This document shows positions 12,101-27,100 of a stretch of DNA of 64,000 bases, one piece after another. The DNA is from Auanema rhodensis (taxonomy: Eukaryota > Animalia > Nematoda): assembly GCA_964057225.1 (NCBI GenBank), contig OZ059894.1, forward strand, positions 4,340,001 to 4,404,000. Reading direction: 5' to 3'. The first letter of the stretch is position 1. Each line of letters starts with the position of its first letter. The notes under the pieces were generated by a model that had not been told where the DNA came from, made no database searches, and saw only the letters and a list, made by a program, of their open reading frames with translations. The position numbers were made by a program, and so were the translations under genes.

Positions 12101-15100
12101 CATTTTTCAAACGATCATAACTAATTTTTGTATTGAGCGTTTCTCAATGTAGTATAGTGCATTCGATGCGGATTTTTAAGCTGCATCGATCTGTGTTATC
12201 AGATTTGCGCTAGCTTAAAAATGCACCGAGATATCAACTGATATAAGTTCACACTTATATCCTCGATTTTCACCCTGAAGAATTAATTTTTTCGTTGAAT
12301 AACAATGTCCATCGTCTTCGCCTTAAAAAAAGGTATCTAAAAACATCTACTTTTTGCTAAATTATTTTGAAATTTTTCGAAAAAATTTTTGTCAAAATGT
12401 TTTTGGAAGCAATGTTGAGTGTACATGGAAACTCAACATACACTAATGCATCATTTTTCAAACGATCATAACTAATTTTTGTATTAAGCGTTTCTCAATG
12501 TAGTATAGTGCATTCGATGCGGATTTTTAAGCTGCGTCGATCTGTGTTATCAGATTTGCGCTAGCTTAAAAATGCACCGAGATATCAACTGATATAAGTT
12601 CACACTTATATCCTCGATTTTCACCCTGAAGAATTAATTTTTTCGTTGAATAACAATGTCCATCATCTTTGCCTCAAAAAAAGGTATCTAAAAACATCTA
12701 CTTTTTGCTAAATTATTTTGAAATTTTTCGAAAAAATTTTTGTCAAAATGTTTTTGGAAGCAATGTTGAGTGTACATGGAAACTCAACATACACTAATGC
12801 ATCATTTTTCAAACGATCATAACTAATTTTTGTATTAAGCGTTTTTCAATGTAGTATAGTGCATTCGATGCGGATTTTTAAGCTGCGTCGATCTGTGTTA
12901 TCAGATTTGCGCTAGCTTAAAAATGCACCGAGATATCAACTGATATAAGTTCACACTTATATCCTCGATTTTCACCCTGAAGAATTAATTTTTTCGTTGA
13001 ATAACAATGTCCATCATCTTTGCCTCAAAAAAAGGTATCTAAAAACATCTACTTTTTGCTAAATTATTTTGAAATTTTTCGAAAAAATTTTTGTCAAAAT
13101 GTTTTTGGAAGCAATGTTGAGTGTACATGGAAACTCAACATACACTAATGCATCATTTTTCAAACGATCATAACTAATTTTTGTATTAAGCGTTTCTCAA
13201 TGTAGTATAGTGCATTCGATGCGGATTTTTAAGCTGCGTCGATCTGTTTTATCAGATTTGCGCTAGCTTAAAAATGCACCGAGATATCAACTGATATAAG
13301 TTCACACTTATATCCTCGATTTTCACCCTGAAGAATTAATTTTTTCGTTGAATAACAATGTCCATCGTCTTCGCCTTAAAAAAAGGTATCTAAAAACATC
13401 TACTTTTTGCTAAATTATTTTGAAATTTTTCGAAAAAATTTTTGTCAAAATGTTTTTGGAAGCAATGTTGAGTGTACATGGAAACTCAACATACACTAAT
13501 GCATCATTTTTCAAACGATCATAACTAATTTTTGTATTAAGCGTTTCTCAATGTAGTATAGTGCATTCGATGCGGATTTTCAAGCTGCGTCGATCTGTGT
13601 TATCAGATTTGCGCTAGCTTAAAAATGCACCGAGATATCAACTGATATAAGTTCACACTTATATCCTCGATTTTCACCCTGAAGAATTAATTTTTTCGTT
13701 GAATAACAATGTCCATCGTCTTCGCCTTAAAAAAAGGTATCTAAAAACATCTACTTTTTGCTAAATTATTTTGAAATTTTTCGAAAAAATTTTTGTCAAA
13801 ATGTTTTTGGAAGCAATGTTGAGTGTACATGGAAACTCAACATACACTAATGCATCATTTTTCAAACGATCATAACTAATTTTTGTATTAAACGTTTCTT
13901 AATGTAGTATAGTGCATTCGATGCGGATTTTTAATCTGCGTCGGTCTGTGTTATCAGATTTGCGCTAGCTTAAAAATGCACCGAGATATCAACTGATATA
14001 TGTTCACACTTATATCCTCGATTTTCACCCTGAAGAATTAATTTTTTCGTTGAATAACAATGTCCATCGTCTTTGCCTTAAAAAAAGGAATCTAAAAACA
14101 TCTACTTTTTGCTAAATTATTTTGAAATTTTTCGAAAAAATTTTTGTCAAAATGTTTTTGGAAGCAATGTTGAGTGTACATGGAAACTCAACATACACTA
14201 ATTCATCATTTTTCAAACGATCATAACTAATTTTTGTATTAAGCGTTTCTCAATGTAGTATAGTGCATTCGATGCGGATTTTTAAGCTGCATCGATCTGT
14301 GTTATCAGATTTGCGCTAGCTTAAAAATGCACCGAGATATCAACTGATATAAGTTCACACTTATATCCTCGATTTTCACCCTGAAGAATTAATTTTTTCG
14401 TTGAATAACATCGTCCATCGTCTTTGCCTTGAAAAAAGGAATCTAAAAACATCTACTTTTTGCTAAATTATTTTGAAATTTTTCGAAAAAATTTTTGTCA
14501 AAATGTTTTTGGAAGCAATGTTGATTGTACATGGAAACTCAACATACACTAATGCATCATTTTTCAAACGATCATAACTAATTTTTGTATTGAGCGTTTC
14601 TCAATGTAGAATAGTGCATTCGATGCGGATTTTTAATCTGCGTCGGTCTGTGTTATCAGATTTGCGCTAGCTTAAAAATGCACCGAGATATCAACTGATA
14701 TATGTTCACACTTATATCCTCGATTTTCACCCTGAAGAATTAATTTTTTCGTTGAATAACAATGTCCATCGTCTTTGCCTTGAAAAAAGGAATCTAAAAA
14801 CATCTACTTTTTGCTAAATTATTTTGAAATTTTTCGAAAAAATTTTTGTCAAAATGTTTTTGGAAGCAATGTTGAGTGTACATGGAAACTCAACATACAC
14901 TAATGCATCATTTTTCAAACGATCATAACTAATTTTTGTATTAAGCGTTTCTCAATGTAGTATAGTGCATTCGATGCGGATTTTTAAGCTGCATCGATCT
15001 GTGTTATCAGATTTGCGCTAGCTTAAAAATGCACCGAGATATCAACTGATATAAGTTCACACTTATATCCTCGATTTTCACCCTGAAGAATTAATTTTTT

Positions 15101-18100
15101 CGTTCAATAACATCGTCCATCGTCTTTGCCTTGAAAAAAGGAATCTAAAAACATATACTTTTTGCTAAATTATTTTGAAATTTTTCGAAAAAATTTTTGT
15201 CAAAATGTTTTTGGAAGCAATGTTGATTGTACATGGAAACTCAACATACACTAATGCATCATTTTTCGAACGATCATAACTAATTTTTGTATTGAGCGTT
15301 TCTCAATGTAGAATAGTGCATTTGATGCGGATTTTTAAGCTGCGTCGGTCTGTGTTATCAGATTTGCGCTAGCTTAAAAATGCACCGAGATATCAACTGA
15401 TATATGTTCACACTTATATCCTCGATTTTCACCCTGAAGAATTAATTTTTTCGTTGAATAACAATGTCCATCGTCTTTGCCTTGAAAAAAGGAATCTAAA
15501 AACATCTACTTTTTGCTAAATTATTTTGAAATTTTTCGAAAAAATTTTTGTCAAAATGTTTTTGGAAGCAATGTTGAGTGTACATGGAAACTCAACATAC
15601 ACTAATGCATCATTTTTCAAACGATCATAACTAATTTTTGTATTAAGCGTTTCTCAATGTAGTATAGTTCATTCGATGCGGATTTTTAAGCTGCGTCGAT
15701 CTGTGTTATCAGATTTGCGCTAGCTTAAAAATGCACCGAGATATCAACTGATATAAGTTCACACTTATATCCTCGATTTTCACCCTGAAGAATTAATTTT
15801 TTCGTTGAATAACAATGTCCATCGTCTTTGCCTTGAAAAAAAAATTTAAAAACATCTACTTTTTGCTAAATTATTCTGAAATTTTTCGAAAAAATTTTTG
15901 TCAAAATGTTTTTGGAAGCAATGTTGAGTGTACATGGAAACTCAACATACACTAATTCATCATTTTTCAAACGATCATAACTAATTTTTGTATTAAGCGT
16001 TTCTCAATGTAGTATAGTGCATTCGATGCGGATTTTTAATCTGCGTCGGTCTGTGTTATCAGATTTGCGCTAGCTTAAAAATGCACCGAGATATCAACTG
16101 ATATATGTTCACACTTATATCCTCGATTTTCACCCTGAAGAATTAATTTTTTCGTTGAATAACAATGTCCATCGTCTTTGCCTTGAAAAAAGGAATCTAA
16201 AAACATCTACTTTTTGCTAAATTATTTTGAAATTTTTCGAAAAAATTTTTGTCAAAATGTTTTTGGAAGCAATGTTGAGTGTACATGGAAACTCAACATA
16301 CACTAATTCATCATTTTTCAAACGATCATAACTAATTTTTGTATTAAGCGTTTCTCAATGTAGTATAGTGCATTCGATGCGGATTTTTAAGCTGCATCGA
16401 TCTGTGTTATCAGATTTGCGCTAGCTTAAAAATGCACCGAGATATCAACTGATATAAGTTCACACTTATATCCTCGATTTTCACCCTGAAGAATTAATTT
16501 TTTCGTTGAATAACATCGTCCATCGTCTTTGCCTTGAAAAAAGGAATCTAAAAACATCTACTTTTTGCTAAATTATTTTGAAATTTTTCGAAAAAATTTT
16601 TGTCAAAATGTTTTTGGAAGCAATGTTGATTGTACATGGAAACTCAACATACACTAATGCATCATTTTTCAAACGATCATAACTAATTTTTGTATTGAGC
16701 GTTTCTCAATGTAGAATAGTGCATTCGATGCGGATTTTTAATCTGCGTCGGTCTGTGTTATCAGATTTGCGCTAGCTTAAAAATGCACCGAGATATCAAC
16801 TGATATATGTTCACACTTATATCCTCGATTTTCACCCTGAAGAATTAATTTTTTCGTTGAATAACAATGTCCATCGTCTTTGCCTTGAAAAAAGGAATCT
16901 AAAAACATCTACTTTTTGCTAAATTATTTTGAAATTTTTCGAAAAAATTTTTGTCAAAATGTTTTTGGAAGCAATGTTGAGTGTACATGGAAACTCAACA
17001 TACACTAATGCATCATTTTTCAAACGATCATAACTAATTTTTGTATTAAGCGTTTCTCAATGTAGTATAGTGCATTCGATGCGGATTTTTAAGCTGCATC
17101 GATCTGTGTTATCAGATTTGCGCTAGCTTAAAAATGCACCGAGATATCAACTGATATAAGTTCACACTTATATCCTCGATTTTCACCCTGAAGAATTAAT
17201 TTTTTCGTTGAATAACATCGTCCATCGTCTTTGCCTTGAAAAAAGGAATCTAAAAACATCTACTTTTTGCTAAATTATTTTGAAATTTTTCGAAAAAATT
17301 TTTGTCAAAATGTTTTTGGAAGCAATGTTGATTGTACATGGAAACTCAACATACACTAATGCATCATTTTTCAAACGATCATAACTAATTTTTGTATTGA
17401 GCGTTTCTCAATGTAGAATAGTGCATTCGATGCGGATTTTTAATCTGCGTCGGTCTGTGTTATCAGATTTGCGCTAGCTTAAAAATGCACCGAGATATCA
17501 ACTGATATATGTTCACACTTATATCCTCGATTTTCACCCTGAAGAATTAATTTTTTCGTTGAATAACAATGTCCATCGTCTTTGCCTTGAAAAAAGGAAT
17601 CTAAAAACATCTACTTTTTGCTAAATTATTTTGAAATTTTTCGAAAAAATTTTTGTCAAAATGTTTTTGGAAGCAATGTTGAGTGTACATGGAAACTCAA
17701 CATACACTAATGCATCATTTTTCAAACGATCATAACTAATTTTTGTATTAAGCGTTTCTCAATGTAGTATAGTGCATTCGATGCGGATTTTTAAGCTGCG
17801 TCGATCTGTTTTATCAGATTTGCGCTAGCTTAAAAATGCACCGAGATATCAACTGATATAAGTTCACACTTATATCCTCGATTTTCACCCTGAAGAATTA
17901 ATTTTTTCGTTGAATAACAATGTCCATCGTCTTCGCCTTAAAAAAAGGTATCTAAAAACATCTACTTTTTGCTAAATTATTTTGAAATTTTTCGAAAAAA
18001 TTTTTGTCAAAATGTTTTTGGAAGCAATGTTGAGTGTACATGGAAACTCAACATACACTAATGCATCATTTTTCAAACGATCATAACTAATTTTTGTATT

Positions 18101-21100
18101 AAGCGTTTCTCAATGTAGTATAGTGCATTCGATGCGGATTTTTAAGCTGCGTCGATCTGTTTTATCAGATTTGCGCTAGCTTAAAAATGCACCGAGATAT
18201 CAACTGATATAAGTTCACACTTATATCCTCGATTTTCACCCTGAAGAATTAATTTTTTCGTTGAATAACAATGTCCATCGTCTTCGCCTTAAAAAAAGAT
18301 ATCTAAAAACATCTACTTTTTGCTAAATTATTTTGAAATTTTTCGAAAAAATTTTTGTCAAAATGTTTTTGGAAGCAATGTTGAGTGTACATGGAAACTC
18401 AACATACACTAATGCATCATTTTTCAAACGATCATAACTAATTTTTGTATTAAGCGTTTCTCAATGTAGTATAGTGCATTCGATGCGGATTTTTAAGCTG
18501 CGTCGATCTGTTTTATCAGATTTGCGCTAGCTTAAAAATGCACCGAGATATCAACTGATATAAGTTCACACTTATATCCTCGATTTTCACCCTGAAGAAT
18601 TAATTTTTTCGTTGAATAACAATGTCCATCGTCTTCGCCTTAAAAAAAGGTATCTAAAAACATCTACTTTTTGCTAAATTATTTTGAAATTTTTCGAAAA
18701 AATTTTTGTCAAAATGTTTTTGGAAGCAATGTTGAGTGTACATGGAAACTCAACATACACTAATGCATCATTTTTCAAACGATCATAACTAATTTTTGTA
18801 TTAAGCGTTTCTCAATGTAGTATAGTGCATTCGATGCGGATTTTTAAGCTGCGTCGATCTGTTTTATCAGATTTGCGCAAGCTTAAAAATGCACCGAGAT
18901 ATCAACTGATATAAATTCACACTTATATCCTCGATTTTCACCCTGAAGAATTAATTTTTTCGTTGAATAACAATGTCCATCGTCTTCGCCTTAAAAAAAG
19001 GTATCTAAAAACATCTACTTTTTGCTAAATTATTTTGAAATTTTTCGAAAAAATTTTTGTCAAAATGTTTTTGGAAGCAATGTTGAGTGTACATGGAAAC
19101 TCAACATACACTAATTCATCATTTTTCAAACGATCATAACTAATTTTTGTATTGAGCGTTTCTCAATGTAGTATAGTGCATTCGATGCGGATTTTTAAGC
19201 TGCATCGATCTGTGTTATCAGATTTGCGCTAGCTTAAAAATGCACCGAGATATCAACTGATAAAAGTTCACACTTATATCCTCGATTTTCACCCTGAAGA
19301 ATTAATTTTTTCGTTGAATAACAATGTCCATCGTCTTTGCCTCAAAAAAAGGTATCTAAAAACATCTACTTTTTGCTAAATTATTTTGAAATTTTTCGAA
19401 AAAATTTTTGTCAAAATGTTTTTGGAAGCAATGTTGAGTGTACATGGAAACTCAACATACACTAATGCATCATTTTTCAAACGATCATAACTAATTTTTG
19501 TATTAAGCGTTTCTCAATGTAGTATAGTGCATTCGATGCGGATTTTTAAGCTGCGTCGATCTGTTTTATCAGATTTGCGCTAGCTTAAAAATGCACCGAG
19601 ATATCAACTGATATAAGTTCACACTTATATCCTCGATTTTCACCCTGAAGAATTAATTTTTTCGTTGAATAACAATGTCCATCGTCTTCGCCTTAAAAAA
19701 AGGTATCTAAAAACATCTACTTTTTGCTAAATTATTTTGAAATTTTTCGAAAAAATTTTTGTCAAAATGTTTTTGGAAGCAATGTTGAGTGTACATGGAA
19801 ACTCAACATACACTAATGCATCATTTTTCAAACGATCATAACTAATTTTTGTATTAAGCGTTTCTCAATGTAGTATAGTGCATTCGATGCGGATTTTTAA
19901 GCTGCGTCGATCTGTTTTATCAGATTTGCGCAAGCTTAAAAATGCACCGAGATATCAACTGATATAAGTTCACACTTATATCCTCGATTTTCACCCTGAA
20001 GAATTAATTTTTTCGTTGAATAACAATGTCCATCGTCTTCGCCTTAAAAAAAGGTATCTAAAAACATCTACTTTTTGCTAAATTATTTTGAAATTTTTCG
20101 AAAAAATTTTTGTCAAAATGTTTTTGGAAGCAATGTTGAGTGTACATGGAAACTCAACATACACTAATGCATCATTTTTCAAACGATCATAACTAATTTT
20201 TGTATTAAGCGTTTCTCAATGTAGTATAGTGCATTCGATGCGGATTTTTAAGCTGCGTCGATCTGTTTTATCAGATTTGCGCTAGCTTAAAAATGCACCG
20301 AGATATCAACTGATATAAGTTCACACTTATATCCTCGATTTTCACCCTGAAGAATTAATTTTTTCGTTGAATAACAATGTCCATCGTCTTCGCCTTAAAA
20401 AAAGGTATCTAAAAACATCTACTTTTTGCTAAATTATTTTGAAATTTTTCGAAAAAATTTTTGTCAAAATGTTTTTGGAAGCAATGTTGAGTGTACATGG
20501 AAACTCAACATACACTAATGCATCATTTTTCAAACGATCATAACTAATTTTTGTATTAAGCGTTTCTCAATGTAGTATAGTGCATTTGATGCGGATTTTT
20601 AAGCTGCGTCGATCTGTTTTATCAGATTTGCGCTAGCTTAAAAATGCACCGAGATATCAACTGATATAAGTTCACACTTATATCCTCGATTTTCACCCTG
20701 AAGAATTAATTTTTTCGTTGAATAACAATGTCCATCGTCTTCGCCTTAAAAAAAGGTATCTAAAAACATCTACTTTTTGCTAAATTATTTTGAAATTTTT
20801 CGAAAAAATTTTTGTCAAAATGTTTTTGGAAGCAATGTTGAGTGTACATGGAAACTCAACATACACTAATGCATCATTTTTCAAACGATCATAACTAATT
20901 TTTGTATTAAGCGTTTCTCAATGTAGTATAGTGCATTCGATGCGGATTTTTAAGCTGCGTCGATCTGTTTTATCAGATTTGCGCTAGCTTAAAAATGCAC
21001 CGAGATATCAACTGATATAAGTTCACACTTATATCCTCGATTTTCACCCTGAAGAATTAATTTTTTCGTTGAATAACAATGTCCATCGTCTTCGCCTTAA

Positions 21101-24100
21101 AAAAAGGTATCTAAAAACATCTACTTTTTGCTAAATTATTTTGAAATTTTTCGAAAAAATTTTTGTCAAAATGTTTTTGGAAGCAATGTTGAGTGTACAT
21201 GGAAACTCAACATACACTAATGCATCATTTTTCAAACGATCATAACTAATTTTTGTATTAAGCGTTTCTCAATGTAGTATAGTGCATTCGATGCGGATTT
21301 TTAAGCTGCGTCGATCTGTTTTATCAGATTTGCGCTAGCTTAAAAATGCACCGAGATATCAACTGATATAAGTTCACACTTATATCCTCGATTTTCACCC
21401 TGAAGAATTAATTTTTTCGTTGAATAACAATGTCCATCGTCTTCGCCTTAAAAAAAGGTATCTAAAAACATCTACTTTTTGCTAAATTATTTTGAAATTT
21501 TTCGAAAAAATTTTTGTCAAAATGTTTTTGGAAGCAATGTTGAGTGTACATGGAAACTCAACATACACTAATGCATCATTTTTCAAACGATCATAACTAA
21601 TTTTTGTATTAAGCGTTTCTCAATGTAGTATAGTGCATTCGATGCGGATTTTTAAGCTGCGTCGATCTGTTTTATCAGATTTGCGCTAGCTTAAAAATGC
21701 ACCGAGATATCAACTGATATAAGTTCACACTTATATCCTCGATTTTCACCCTGAAGAATTAATTTTTTCGTTGAATCACATCGTCCATCGTCTTTGCCTT
21801 GAAAAAAGGAATCTAAAAACATCTACTTTTTGCTAAATTATTTTGAAATTTTTCGAAAAAATTTTTGTCAAAATGTTTTTGGAAGCAATGTTGAGTGTAC
21901 ATGGAAACTCAACATACACTAATGCATCATTTTTCAAACGATCATAACTAATTTTTGTATTAAGCGTTTCTCAATGTAGTATAGTGCATTCGATGCGGAT
22001 TTTTAAGCTGCATCGATCTGTGTTATCAGATTTGCGCTAGCTTAAAAATGCACCGAGATATCAACTGATATAAGTTCACACTTATATCCTCGATTTTCAC
22101 CCTGAAGAATTAATTTTTTCGTTGAATAACAATGTCCATCGTCTTCGCCTTGAAAAAAAAAATCTAAAAACATCTACTTTTTGCTAAATTATTTTGAAAT
22201 TTTTCGAAAAAATTTTTGTCAAAATGTTTTTGGAAGCAATGTTGAGTGTACATGGAAACTCAACATACACTAATTCATCATTTTTCAAACGATCATAACT
22301 AATTTTTGTATTGAGCGTTTCTCAATGTAGTATAGTGCATTCGATGCGGATTTTTAAGCTGCATCGATCTGTGTTATCAAATTTGCGCTAGCTTAAAAAT
22401 GCACCGAGATATCAACTGATATAAGTTCACACTTATATCCTCGATTTTCACCCTGAAGAATTAATTTTTTCGTTGAATAACAATGTCCATCGTCTTTGCC
22501 TCAAAAAAAGGTATCTAAAAACGTCTACTTTTTGCTAAATTATTTTGAAATTTTTCGAAAAAATTTTTGTCAAAATGTTTTTGGAAGCAATGTTGAGTGT
22601 ACATGGAAACTCAACATACACTAATGCATCATTTTTCAAACGATCATAACTAATTTTTGTATTAAGCGTTTCTTAATGTAGTATAGTGCATTCGATGCGG
22701 ATTTTTAAGCTGCGTCGATCTGTTTTATCAGATTTGCGCTAGCTTAAAAATGCACCGAGATATCAACTGATATAAGTTCACACTTATATCCTCGATTTTC
22801 ACCCTGAAGAATTAATTTTTTCGTTGAATAACAATGTCCATCGTCTTCGCCTTAAAGAAAGGTATCTAAAAACATCTACTTTTTGCTAAATTATTTTGAA
22901 ATTTTTCGAAAAAATTTTTGTCAAAATGTTTTTGGAAGCAATGTTGAGTGTACATGGAAACTCAACATACACTAATGCATCATTTTTCAAACGATCATAA
23001 CTAATTTTTGTATTAAGCGTTTCTCAATGTAGTATAGTGCATTCGATGCGGATTTTTAAGCTGCGTCGATCTGTTTTATCAGATTTGCGCTAGCTTAAAA
23101 ATGCACCGAGATATCAACTGATATAAGTTCACACTTATATCCTCGATTTTCACCCTGAAGAATTAATTTTTTCGTTGAATAACAATGTCCATCGTCTTCG
23201 CCTTAAAAAAAGGTATCTAAAAACATCTACTTTTTGCTAAATTATTTTGAAATTTTTCGAAAAAATTTTTGTCAAAATGTTTTTGGAAGCAATGTTGAGT
23301 GTACATGGAAACTCAACATACACTAATGCATCATTTTTCAAACGATCATAACTAATTTTTGTATTAAGCGTTTCTCAATGTAGTATAGTGCATTCGATGC
23401 GGATTTTTAAGCTGCGTCGATCTGTTTTATCAGATTTGCGCTAGCTTAAAAATGCACCGAGATATCAACTGATATAAGTTCACACTTATATCCTCGATTT
23501 TCACCCTGAAGAATTAATTTTTTCGTTGAATCACATCGTCCATCGTCTTTGCCTTGAAAAAAGGAATCTAAAAACATCTACTTTTTGCTAAATTATTTTG
23601 AAATTTTTCGAAAAAATTTTTGTCAAAATGTTTTTGGAAGCAATGTTGAGTGTACATGGAAACTCAACATACACTAATGCATCATTTTTCAAACGATCAT
23701 AACTAATTTTTGTATTAAGCGTTTCTCAATGTAGTATAGTGCATTCGATGCGGATTTTTAAGCTGCATCGATCTGTGTTATCAGATTTGCGCTAGCTTAA
23801 AAATGCACCGAGATATCAACTGATATAAGTTCACACTTATATCCTCGATTTTCACCCTGAAGAATTAATTTTTTCGTTGAATAACAATGTCCATCGTCTT
23901 CGCCTTAAAAAAAGGTATCTAAAAACATCTACTTTTTGCTAAATTATTTTGAAATTTTTCGAAAAAATTTTTGTCAAAATGTTTTTGGAAGCAATGTTGA
24001 GTGTACATGGAAACTCAACATACACTAATGCATCATTTTTCAAACGATCATAACTAATTTTTGTATTAAGCGTTTCTCAATGTAGTATAGTGCATTCGAT

Positions 24101-27100
24101 GCGGATTTTTAAGCTGCGTCGATCTGTTTTATCAGATTTGCGCTAGCTTAAAAATGCACCGAGATATCAACTGATATAAGTTCACACTTATATCCTCGAT
24201 TTTCACCCTGAAGAATTAATTTTTTCGTTGAATAACAATGTCCATCGTCTTCGCCTTAAAAAAAGGTATCTAAAAACATCTACTTTTTGCTAAATTATTT
24301 TGAAATTTTTCGAAAAAATTTTTGTCAAAATGTTTTTGGAAGCAATGTTGAGTGTACATGGAAACTCAACATACACTAATGCATCATTTTTCAAACGATC
24401 ATAACTAATTTTTGTATTAAGCGTTTCTCAATGTAGTATAGTGCATTCGATGCGGATTTTTAAGCTGCGTCGATCTGTTTTATCAGATTTGCGCTAGCTT
24501 AAAAATGCACCGAGATATCAACTGATATAAGTTCACACTTATATCCTCGATTTTCACCCTGAAGAATTAATTTTTTCGTTGAATAACAATGTCCATCGTC
24601 TTCGCCTTAAAAAAAGGTATCTAAAAACATCTACTTTTTGCTAAATTATTTTGAAATTTTTCGAAAAAATTTTTGTCAAAATGTTTTTGGAAGCAATGTT
24701 GAGTGTACATGGAAACTCAACATACACTAATGCATCATTTTTCAAACGATCATAACTAATTTTTGTATTAAGCGTTTCTCAATGTAGTATAGTGCATTCG
24801 ATGCGGATTTTTAAGCTGCGTCGATCTGTTTTATCAGATTTGCGCTAGCTTAAAAATGCACCGAGATATCAACTGATATAAGTTCACACTTATATCCTCG
24901 ATTTTCACCCTGAAGAATTAATTTTTTCGTTGAATCACATCGTCCATCGTCTTTGCCTTGAAAAAAGGAATCTAAAAACATCTACTTTTTGCTAAATTAT
25001 TTTGAAATTTTTCGAAAAAATTTTTGTCAAAATGTTTTTGGAAGCAATGTTGAGTGTACATGGAAACTCAACATACACTAATGCATCATTTTTCAAACGA
25101 TCATAACTAATTTTTGTATTAAGCGTTTCTCAATGTAGTATAGTGCATTCGATGCGGATTTTTAAGCTGCATCGATCTGTGTTATCAGATTTGCGCTAGC
25201 TTAAAAATGCACCGAGATATCAACTGATATAAGTTCACACTTATATCCTCGATTTTCACCCTGAAGAATTAATTTTTTCGTTGAATAACAATGTCCATCG
25301 TCTTCGCCTTGAAAAAAAAAATCTAAAAACATCTACTTTTTGCTAAATTATTTTGAAATTTTTCGAAAAAATTTTTGTCAAAATGTTTTTGGAAGCAATG
25401 TTGAGTGTACATGGAAACTCAACATACACTAATTCATCATTTTTCAAACGATCATAACTAATTTTTGTATTGAGCGTTTCTCAATGTAGTATAGTGCATT
25501 CGATGCGGATTTTTAAGCTGCATCGATCTGTGTTATCAAATTTGCGCTAGCTTAAAAATGCACCGAGATATCAACTGATATAAGTTCACACTTATATCCT
25601 CGATTTTCACCCTGAAGAATTAATTTTTTCGTTGAATAACAATGTCCATCGTCTTTGCCTCAAAAAAAGGTATCTAAAAACGTCTACTTTTTGCTAAATT
25701 ATTTTGAAATTTTTCGAAAAAATTTTTGTCAAAATGTTTTTGGAAGCAATGTTGAGTGTACATGGAAACTCAACATACACTAATGCATCATTTTTCAAAC
25801 GATCATAACTAATTTTTGTATTAAGCGTTTCTTAATGTAGTATAGTGCATTCGATGCGGATTTTTAAGCTGCGTCGATCTGTTTTATCAGATTTGCGCTA
25901 GCTTAAAAATGCACCGAGATATCAACTGATATAAGTTCACACTTATATCCTCGATTTTCACCCTGAAGAATTAATTTTTTCGTTGAATAACAATGTCCAT
26001 CGTCTTCGCCTTAAAGAAAGGTATCTAAAAACATCTACTTTTTGCTAAATTATTTTGAAATTTTTCGAAAAAATTTTTGTCAAAATGTTTTTGGAAGCAA
26101 TGTTGAGTGTACATGGAAACTCAACATACACTAATGCATCATTTTTCAAACGATCATAACTAATTTTTGTATTAAGCGTTTCTCAATGTAGTATAGTGCA
26201 TTCGATGCGGATTTTTAAGCTGCATCGATCTGTGTTATCAGATTTGCGCTAGCTTAAAAATGCACCGAGATATCAACTGATATAAGTTCACACTTATATC
26301 CTCGATTTTCACCCTGAAGAATTAATTTTTTCGTTGAATAACAATGTCCATCATCTTTGCCTCAAAAAAAGGTATCTAAAAACATCTACTTTTTGCTAAA
26401 TTATTTTGAAATTTTTCGAAAAAATTTTTGTCAAAATGTTTTTGGAAGCAATGTTGAGTGTACATGGAAACTCAACATACACTAATGCATCATTTTTCAA
26501 ACGATCATAACTAATTTTTGTATTAAGCGTTTCTTAATGTAGTATAGTGCATTCGATGCGGATTTTTAAGCTGCGTCGATCTGTTTTATCAGATTTGCGC
26601 TAGCTTAAAAATGCACCGAGATATCAACTGATATAAGTTCACACTTATATCCTCGATTTTCACCCTGAAGAATTAATTTTTTCGTTGAATAACAATGTCC
26701 ATCGTCTTCGCCTTAAAAAAAGGTATCTAAAAACATCTACTTTTTGCTAAATTATTTTGAAATTTTTCGAAAAAATTTTTGTCAAAATGTTTTTGGAAGC
26801 AATGTTGAGTGTACATGGAAACTCAACATACACTAATGCATCATTTTTCAAACGATCATAACTAATTTTTGTATTAAGCGTTTCTCAATGTAGTATAGTG
26901 CATTCGATGCGGATTTTTAAGCTGCGTCGATCTGTTTTATCAGATTTGCGCTAGCTTAAAAATGCACCGAGATATCAACTGATATAAGTTCACACTTATA
27001 TCCTCGATTTTCACCCTGAAGAATTAATTTTTTCGTTGAATAACAATGTCCATCGTCTTTGCCTCAAAAAAAGGTATCTAAAAACGTCTACTTTTTGCTA

